Of a DNA stretch of 64,000 nucleotides, positions 57,335 to 64,000 are shown piece by piece. The position numbers were made by a program, and so were the translations under genes. The stretch is from contig OY970296.1 in assembly GCA_963716175.1 (NCBI GenBank), forward strand, positions 1,120,001 to 1,184,000, given 5' to 3'. The notes below the pieces were generated by a model. The model saw nothing but the letters and a program-made list of their open reading frames with translations. It made no database searches and was not told where the DNA came from. How positions within the stretch are numbered: position 1 is the first letter of the stretch; every line of letters starts with the position of its first letter. The stretch comes from an uncultured Armatimonadetes bacterium (GTDB lineage Bacteria; Armatimonadota; Hebobacteria; Hebobacterales; Hebobacteraceae).

Positions 57335-58990
57335 TCATGGTGGGAGCAGCTTCAGCCCGTAGTAGGCGACTTCCCCGCGCTCAATGATGGCTTGGTTGCG
57401 CTCAGCTAGGATTCCGGCTGCCTGGGCGGTCGGAACGGCCAGCAGCAGACAAGCCAGCGAGAGAACTGCCGTCAGGGGCAAGAGCAGGGACAGCAATGTC
57501 CCCAGATAGTAACCCATCAGACCCGCGCGCTTCTCCTCGAGCCGGTGGCGATAGGCCACAACGATCACGAATAGCGATATGAGGATCGCGGGGAGACCGA
57601 TGACCACGGAGTACGCACCCCACGGGCGTTCGCCCAGGCCCACACGGTACTCGTTGACGCCAAGCTCCTTGAATAACCCGGACAACTCGCGGATCGTTCT
57701 CACATGGGATGAGAGTTGGGCGCCGGTCCACACCAGGCCGACCAGGAAGACCACAGCAGAGCAGAGCGCGACGACCAACACCCAGCGCCAAGCTGGCCAC
57801 TGGATCGGGATCACCGGACGGCGCGAAGGCTTCATCACGAGTGCGCCCAGCCCCAAGAGCAGAAGCAACCCCAGGGCCCCGGCAAGAGCTACAGATAGGT
57901 GGCCCAGAATCGCCGCCATGCGTGGGTAATCGGCGTACTCGCGTGCCTCCACGGCCTGCAATTGCTTGACCCGGTCGTGCGCTGGGCGCATCTCCCTGCC
58001 AGACTGCCAGAACCAGTCAGCTAGGTCAGGCCGTCCGTGCTGGCGCAGATAGACCGAGATCGCGGCTCCTGTCTCGCCCTCCGTGTTGAGCTCCTCACGA
58101 CCGCGAGCTGCTGCCGGTACCGGCTGCTTGGGGTCCCAGCCGCTGGCCATCGCTGCAACCGTGATGGCGGCGGTTGCACCTATGAGACCGTAGGCGTTGC
58201 TCGACATGAGCCGCGCCATGTGCGCCAGAGTCTGGCGCAGGAAGATCCCCCGCTTGTGGTCGCCGTGCCGTGCCGCCAGCATCGACATGCCAGTCAGGAC
58301 CTCAGAGAGTTCGAGTAGGGCAGTCTCGCTGCCGCTACCCCACTCGCGGGCAAACTGAGATGCCTCCAAGCGAGGCAATGCACGCCGCAGGGTCTCAGAT
58401 ACCGCGGCCTCTAGATCGTGGTGATAGAGGCTCCACCCGTGCTTCTCGGTCGCCGACCGGAGAAGCGTCATGGCGTCTGTATCTCGGTGTTCAGCGAGAG
58501 CGAGGTAGGCGCGGAGGTAATCGACTGCAGCATTCGCGGAGTCACGCTCGCCGGCCCGGTACAACGCCTGGTCCACCTTGGCGGCGAGGGCTTCCTGCTC
58601 AGGGTCGAGACGCGCGCTCTTCGCGCCGTATGTGTCCTCGCCGTAGACAGCGTTGAGCTCCCTCCTGTCCAGGCGGACTTCTCCTATGACGCGGCTCGCG
58701 TAGACCCAGTGCGGAACGGCGCTTTTTGGGGAAAGGGCCGCGGCGCGAGCGTACGCGCGGTCGCGATCAGCGGCAGTCACCTTCCCTCCAGCAGGAGCCC
58801 AGCATGCCGCCAGCCAAGCGCTCGCGTCACCGGGCCGACGGTCTGCCAAGGCCATGAAATCGATGTCCCACGTCAGCTCTGGGCGAAAGGGCGCTGTCAA
58901 GCGCTCACGCAGAGGCGGTACTGCCACTGCGACCATAAGCGTGCCAGCGAGAACCAGCAGCGATATCGCGTTCAGCGACCGGGCGCGCAT
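57335..58990 (-). CDS. Hypothetical membrane protein with helical extracytoplasmic domain
   Basis: N-terminal TM, TPR-like helices, four C-terminal hydrophobic segments. Confidence 0.7.
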   Translation of the reverse strand: MRARSLNAISLLVLAGTLMVAVAVPPLRERLTAPFRPELTWDIDFMALADRRPGDASAWLAACWAPAGGKVTAADRDRAYARAAALSPKSAVPHWVYASRVIGEVRLDRRELNAVYGEDTYGAKSARLDPEQEALAAKVDQALYRAGERDSANAAVDYLRAYLALAEHRDTDAMTLLRSATEKHGWSLYHHDLEAAVSETLRRALPRLEASQFAREWGSGSETALLELSEVLTGMSMLAARHGDHKRGIFLRQTLAHMARLMSSNAYGLIGATAAITVAAMASGWDPKQPVPAAARGREELNTEGETGAAISVYLRQHGRPDLADWFWQSGREMRPAHDRVKQLQAVEAREYADYPRMAAILGHLSVALAGALGLLLLLGLGALVMKPSRRPVIPIQWPAWRWVLVVALCSAVVFLVGLVWTGAQLSSHVRTIRELSGLFKELGVNEYRVGLGERPWGAYSVVIGLPAILISLFVIVVAYRHRLEEKRAGLMGYYLGTLLSLLLPLTAVLSLACLLLAVPTAQAAGILAERNQAIIERGEVAYYGLKLLPP

Positions 58991-59332
58991 GGACACTCTG
59001 TCGGCACGTAGCACTGCGCCATGGGATCCCTCAACCTGGCGCTCGGAAAGACCCTCCCCATTCTACCGCCGCCGCCGGGGAATGGGAAGACGTTAGCCAC
59101 CTGACTGAGCCCAGACGCCGAAGCCTGCACCGGTTCCTGGCATTTCTTCTTTCGGCACGAGAGTCCAGAAGGCCCGCAGCGGCTCAAGCCCCCTCTCCGC
59201 ACCGACCGGCACTGCTATGCTTCTTCGGGCTGCCGATGTGAGAGTTGTCCGCAGATTGCGCAGACTTGTCCACCAGAAGCGGACAAGTCCGCCTCTGGTG
59301 GCTTGGCGGAGATGTGATGGCGAGAGAAGGGC

Positions 59333-59387
59333 GGCGGGCATGCCCTTCGACTGCACTCAGGGTAAACTCCGACATGCCCGCCCTACA
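59333..59387 (-). repeat. REP-like element A within a cluster of palindromes (about 59237-59436)
   Basis: Reverse complement of 9220-9274 (53/55). Confidence 0.85.
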
Positions 59388-59518
59388 GCGCGGTTTGTCG
59401 CTCGCGATGCTCGCGACAAACCTGCGCCACTGCTGACCGCTGCGGTTGTGACAGACCCGCGCCGCTGTTGGGCGCCCGGAGATGCCTCCAGGCTGGGAGC
59501 CTGGGCTACCGGCCAGAG

Positions 59519-60364
59519 CTACTCGCCTTCGTCCACGGCGCGGCGGATCATCTCCGCGCGAAGCCGATCCATTTCGGCCTGGTCTCCGCGGGCGGAGGCC
59601 TGGTCGAATCTCTCCTCCAACGAGATCAGGAGGTCCTTGTCTCGGCGCAGCAGTTCCACCAGGGCCGCGACGTGCTGGCGCATGTGGGTCGGGAGCTGCT
59701 GGTTATCGCCCTCGTCTGCCGCGTACTGCGCGGCCTGCTCCTGGCCGAACTGCTCGATGCTGCGCTGGCAGCGATAGAGTTCGGTGGCGGCATGCTCGGG
59801 CAGGTCGTGCTCCAGGTCCCAGAGGGCCTGCGCCACCGCCCGGTCGCGCTCGATCCAGGGCCACCACTTGAGGTAGCTCCACTTGGAGGCCTCGCTCGCG
59901 TTGCAGCGGGCGATCAGGTTCCAGATGCCAAGGTTGTGCTCGGCGTCCTCCCGCGCCTGATAGTAGTCCCCCAGCAGGAAGTCGAAGCAGCGGCGGACGT
60001 AATACTGCCACGATTCCTCGCGCAGCGCGGCCAGCTCATCTTCGCTCAGCGCCAGGCTCTCTCCGGGGCGGGCGCGGAGATGGAAGTCCACCAGGGATTC
60101 CTCTCCGTAGGGATGCTCACCGTCGGGCCGGCCGGTGCGCTCGTACTCGCGGGTGAGCAGGGCCTGGCCTCGCACCTCCCCCGTGGTGGAGATGATGGTG
60201 CAGGCCTCGATGAAGGCGATGCGCTCGCGCCCGAAGCGCTCCACCTTGTCTATCAGCAGATAGCGGGGATCGCGATAGAGGCGCTGGAGAAAAACGCTGA
60301 CACTGGGCGGCAGTGTCTCGGCGCTCTGCTCCTCCGGCTCATCCGCGGGTAGGTCGGACATCAT
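59519..60364 (-). CDS. Hypothetical protein with C-terminal UvrB/UvrC-like motif
   Basis: GRPDG.HPYG.ESL, LREESWQYYVRR, C-terminal LEERFDQASARGDQAEMDRLRAEM. Confidence 0.7.
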   Translation of the reverse strand: MMSDLPADEPEEQSAETLPPSVSVFLQRLYRDPRYLLIDKVERFGRERIAFIEACTIISTTGEVRGQALLTREYERTGRPDGEHPYGEESLVDFHLRARPGESLALSEDELAALREESWQYYVRRCFDFLLGDYYQAREDAEHNLGIWNLIARCNASEASKWSYLKWWPWIERDRAVAQALWDLEHDLPEHAATELYRCQRSIEQFGQEQAAQYAADEGDNQQLPTHMRQHVAALVELLRRDKDLLISLEERFDQASARGDQAEMDRLRAEMIRRAVDEGE

Positions 60365-60445
60365 ATGCGGGCACTTCGGCGCGCCGCGGAGTTTCCCTCT
60401 GGAATCGGAATCAAAAGCGCGCACACGAGTTGGAAGGCGGTTGCC

Positions 60446-60474
60446 TTGACCCGGTCGGGTGGAGGTGCTATCTT
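60446..60474 (+). promoter_or_regulatory. sigma70 promoter
   Basis: TTGACC-N17-TATCTT 29 nt upstream of ATG 60503. Confidence 0.65.
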
Positions 60475-60502
60475 CAGTCCACTTTCGCGCCTGGAGAAAG
60501 CG

Positions 60503-63500
60503 ATGATCCGAGGTTTGCGTCTGGGTGGGGCGCTGGCACTGCTGCTGCTGACCGCGCAAGCAGCTCGCTGCCAGCACGCTGCTACTCCGCGAAGTAGCGA
60601 TGCTACTTCGCTACGAAGCACGAGGCGCAATATCTGCCCCCTGCGGGAGGTGCGGGCGGGCCAGCGCGCGGTGGGAAAATCGGTGTTCCGGGGGACCAAG
60701 ATCGAGTCCTTCCATATCGAGATCGTGGGAGTGCTGCACAAGTTCGACGGCACGCGCAACCTGATCCTGGGGCGGGTGCTCGATGGGCCCGTGGTGGCGC
60801 GCAAGAGCGGCATCATCGCCGGGATGAGTGGCAGCCCGGTCTACATCAAGGGCCGACTGGCGGGCGCAATCGCCCTTGCCTGGTCGTTCAGCAAGGAGCC
60901 GATCGCTGGCATCACGCCGATCGAGGAGATGCTGGAGGCGTGGCAGCCGAAGCCCAGCCCAGAGCCTGCAGCCGCCGGCTCCGGCCAGCGGCTGGCTCAT
61001 CCGCTGCGGGTGGGCGGCAAGGTGATCGAGCGGGTGCGGGTGGCGCCCAAACCGGGGCAGCCAGACCTGCCCGGAGTGATGACACTGACCCCGGTAGGGG
61101 GGTACATCCAGGCCTCCGGATTCAGTCAGCGCGCGGTGGAGCAGCTCTCCGAGCTGCTGGCGCCCTACGGCCTGAAGGTGCTTCAGGGGCCGGGCGGCGG
61201 GATGGAGCACCTGCGGCCGCCGGTGGTGCCAGGCGCGGCGGTGGGGGCGCAGATTGTGGGCGGAGACTTCGATATCACCGGCCTGGGCACCATCACGCTG
61301 GTGGAGGGCAACCGGGTGCTGGCCTTCGGGCACCCCATGTTCCAGCTCGGAGACGTGGATCTGCCCATGACGGGGGGCTATGTCTACGACATCATGCCCA
61401 GCCTGCTGATCTCCAACAAGATCATGTCGGCCACCCAGGTGGTGGGGCGGGTGTCGCGGGACATGCAGACCGCGATCGCGGGCGAAGTGGGGAAGAGACC
61501 AGACCCGCTGGCATTGACGGTGGAGGTGACGGACCGGGACCTGGGGAAGACGCGGCGATTCCAGCTCACGGTGGCGCGCATCCGGGAGCTGCTCCCGGCC
61601 TTGACTGCTTTCTCCGTGATGAATGCGGTGGACGAGACCCGGGGCCGGGTAGCGCGAGGGACGGCGCGGGTGGTGACCGAGATCGAGGCGGAGGGACGTC
61701 CGCCCATGCGCCGGGAGGAATTCGGCTACAGTGAGGGGGACGCGGCGATGGCCGTGTTGCCCGCCCTGCTGAGGCCCCTGGCGGTGCTCACCGATAGTCC
61801 CTTCGGCAAACTGCGGCTGCGGCGAGTGCGGGTGCGGGTGGAGACAGAGGACGAGCGCAGGACGGCCACCATCGAGCGGGCGGCCGTTCCCCAGTCCAGG
61901 TTCAAGGCCGGCGATGAGGTGACAGTGGCGGTGACGCTGCGGCCCTATGGGGCCGACCTGGTGGAGGTACCGGTGCGGTTCAAGCTCCCGGCCGACCTGC
62001 CGCGAGGCCAGGTGCGCCTGGCGATCTCGGGCGGGGGAGAAGCCGAGGAGGCGCGGGGCGCCATCGGCGCGCCCCGGCCCGCGCCAGTATCGCTGTCGCA
62101 ACTGATCGAACGCTATCTGACGCAAGACCGCCGACAGGACCTGGTGGTGCAGGCCGGGGTGGCGCGGACAGGGGCCTCGCTGCTGGGCGAGGAGCTGCCC
62201 GATTTCCCCCTGGAGGCGGTGGAGGCGCTGCGCGCCAGCCACCTCACCGATCTCCGGCCCGCCGCCTCGGTGCTGAAGGTGGTCACTCCAACCCAGTGGG
62301 CTCTGTCCGGGCGACTGATGGTGAGTCTGGTCGTGGAGAGCCCGCTGGCGCCAGCCGGGCCGCCGACTCCGCAGCGGCCGCGGCCTCAGCCGCAGCCCCC
62401 GGCCGGCGGCCCCGAGGAGGAAGAGCCGGGCCCCGAGGAGCAGGGCGGCGATTGGTATGATGGTGGCAGGGCGACGATGGCGGGCCCGGGGCCTGACCTG
62501 CTGCTTGGGGCGGGCGCGAGGCCAGGCCGGGGGAAGCCGGAGCCGCAGCCAGCGGCGAAGAAGGAGCAAGAGGCGAAGCCTCTGACCCGCGCGCCCCAGG
62601 CTTGGGTGCAGCAGGAGGGCTCTGACTACGCCAAGGCCAGGCTGACGGAGGTGGCGGTGGGTGAGGATGGGCGCGTCTCGCTGGGGCCTAGCCGCACCGA
62701 CCTGGCGCAGTTGCCAGTGGATGTGATCTGGGGGCTGGCGATCCGGGCTGGAGTGGCGTTCGCTGGGACCGGCAGCGCCGGGCTGGTCTACAAAGTCTCC
62801 GAGGAGGGCGAAGCCTCGCCCTTCTTCGCCACCGGCGAGCTCCACGTCCACGCCCTGGCCTTTGACCCGGAGGGCAATCTGTACGCTGCCACCTCCCCGC
62901 GGGGCAAGCTCTTTCGCATCGCCCCGGACGGGAAGGGCGAACTCTGGTATCAGGCGGATGGCAAGTACCTGTGGTGCCTGACGGTGGGGCCAGACGGGAC
63001 CATCTATGCCGGGGCCGGCACGCCGGCGCGCATCTACGCTATCGGCCGGGACGGCAAAGGCAAGATGCTGGCCGAGCTGCCGACCAGCAATGTGCTCTCT
63101 CTGGCGCGGACCGCCGACGGCAACCTGTACGCAGGCACCTCTGACGGCGGAGTGGTCTACCGGGTGCGACCGGATGGCACGGCGAGCGCGGTGTGCCAGC
63201 TCCCGGGGGCGGAGGTGGCAGCCCTGGCGCTGGATGCCAAGGGGAACCTGTACGCGTCGGCCTCCCCCAGCGGTGATATCTACCTGGTGCCCGCCGACGG
63301 ACTGCCTTCGCTCTACTGCGAGACCGACGAGAAATGCATCTATGGTCTGGGCCTGCTGCCGGGGGGCGAACTGGCCGCGGCCACAGGGCCGAGTGGACTT
63401 CTCCTCCGGGTGGGCCCGAACCGCAGGCCGGAGACCCTGTTCAAGCCCGAGGCCGGGGTGGCAACCGCGCTGGCCGTGGCCGACGGGAGGATCTACCTGG

Positions 63501-64000
63501 GAAGCGCGGGGCCGGCGGCGCTGCGCAGATTTGGGCCCGACCACGCCAGCTCGGGGACGCTGGAGTCGCCGGTGCTGGACGTGGAGCGAGTGGCGCAATG
63601 GGGTCGCCTGGAGTTGACCGCGGAGACGCCGAGCGGAACCGCACTGGCGGCCGAGACCCGCTCGGGCGACGCGCCCATCCCGGAGGATCACTGGAGCGCG
63701 TGGGCGCCGGTCCGGGACGGAGATGTCCTCAGCCCGCCGGCGAACCACCTGCAATACCGGCTGCTGCTGTCCACCAACGACCCGCAGCTCACCCCGACCG
63801 TGCGGCAGGTGCGGCTGGGCTACCAGCCGTCAAACCGGGCCCCGATGGTGGCGCTGAAAGCCCCCTCCCCGGGGGAGGCGGTGGCGAAGAAGTACACCAT
63901 CAAATGGGAGGGGCAAGACCCGGACAAGGATACGCTGACCTACGATGTGGCGATGTCCCGGGACCTGGGCGCGAGCTGGTATGACCTCAAGCAGGGGATC
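60503..64000 (+). CDS. SpoIVB peptidase S55 domain protein fused to beta-propeller repeats, truncated by window end
   Basis: Absent from the ORF track because no stop is reached; manual translation gives signal peptide, GIIAGMSGSPVY, AFGHPM, then GNLYA/GTIYAG repeats in the same frame at 64000. Confidence 0.9.
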   Translation, partial: MIRGLRLGGALALLLLTAQAARCQHAATPRSSDATSLRSTRRNICPLREVRAGQRAVGKSVFRGTKIESFHIEIVGVLHKFDGTRNLILGRVLDGPVVARKSGIIAGMSGSPVYIKGRLAGAIALAWSFSKEPIAGITPIEEMLEAWQPKPSPEPAAAGSGQRLAHPLRVGGKVIERVRVAPKPGQPDLPGVMTLTPVGGYIQASGFSQRAVEQLSELLAPYGLKVLQGPGGGMEHLRPPVVPGAAVGAQIVGGDFDITGLGTITLVEGNRVLAFGHPMFQLGDVDLPMTGGYVYDIMPSLLISNKIMSATQVVGRVSRDMQTAIAGEVGKRPDPLALTVEVTDRDLGKTRRFQLTVARIRELLPALTAFSVMNAVDETRGRVARGTARVVTEIEAEGRPPMRREEFGYSEGDAAMAVLPALLRPLAVLTDSPFGKLRLRRVRVRVETEDERRTATIERAAVPQSRFKAGDEVTVAVTLRPYGADLVEVPVRFKLPADLPRGQVRLAISGGGEAEEARGAIGAPRPAPVSLSQLIERYLTQDRRQDLVVQAGVARTGASLLGEELPDFPLEAVEALRASHLTDLRPAASVLKVVTPTQWALSGRLMVSLVVESPLAPAGPPTPQRPRPQPQPPAGGPEEEEPGPEEQGGDWYDGGRATMAGPGPDLLLGAGARPGRGKPEPQPAAKKEQEAKPLTRAPQAWVQQEGSDYAKARLTEVAVGEDGRVSLGPSRTDLAQLPVDVIWGLAIRAGVAFAGTGSAGLVYKVSEEGEASPFFATGELHVHALAFDPEGNLYAATSPRGKLFRIAPDGKGELWYQADGKYLWCLTVGPDGTIYAGAGTPARIYAIGRDGKGKMLAELPTSNVLSLARTADGNLYAGTSDGGVVYRVRPDGTASAVCQLPGAEVAALALDAKGNLYASASPSGDIYLVPADGLPSLYCETDEKCIYGLGLLPGGELAAATGPSGLLLRVGPNRRPETLFKPEAGVATALAVADGRIYLGSAGPAALRRFGPDHASSGTLESPVLDVERVAQWGRLELTAETPSGTALAAETRSGDAPIPEDHWSAWAPVRDGDVLSPPANHLQYRLLLSTNDPQLTPTVRQVRLGYQPSNRAPMVALKAPSPGEAVAKKYTIKWEGQDPDKDTLTYDVAMSRDLGASWYDLKQGI
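60579..60624 (+). repeat. Palindromic element in frame after the signal peptide of the S55 protein
   Basis: CTGCTACTCCGCGAAGTAGCGATGCTACTTCGCTACGAAGCACGAG shares both ends with 28692-28782. Confidence 0.8.

Noticed and set aside
59170-59205. GGCTCAAGCCCCTCTCCGCACC resembling a tRNA-Leu 3-prime end or att site
   Set aside because: No TTC T-loop, no cloverleaf upstream, no integrase nearby.
60611-63754. 1047-aa minus-strand ORF and other long antisense ORFs (for example 11686-13287, 925-2172, 39451-40638)
   Set aside because: Antisense shadows of real genes in high-GC DNA, with no recognisable motifs.

Overview
GC-rich bacterial chromosomal window. SLH-anchored proteins, tandem DUF6785-type membrane proteins, an S55 peptidase/beta-propeller fusion and Terrabacteria-type rpoBC suggest Armatimonadota; this is inference. 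Housekeeping content: PfpI, S9 peptidase, sixA, cupin, amidohydrolase, comF, hypF-hypCDE, a GatZ/KbaZ-like gene, a stand-alone rpoBC operon, DUF58/transglutaminase, lysA, an SLH subtilase and a truncated SpoIVB-S55 protein. About 13 small frameshifts, 9 of them in rpoB/rpoC, are best read as sequencing errors. Main findings: (1) two three-gene modules of the form 'third protein - putative antitoxin - toxin', one pairing a proteasome-beta-like Ntn hydrolase with Doc inside the hyp operon, the other pairing a TIGR04255-like protein with a PIN toxin; (2) a candidate Lys-codon leader-peptide attenuator upstream of lysA; (3) a nested family of small palindromic elements inserted in frame into several genes; (4) a MerR-thioredoxin regulator divergent from a DGC/aquaglyceroporin operon with a W-I-A-R filter; (5) RNA polymerase with zinc-ribbon and trigger-loop insertions; (6) recurrent sigma-H-like promoter motifs. 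No tRNA, rRNA, CRISPR array or transposase was recognised. All family assignments are by eye from motifs; no database search was run.
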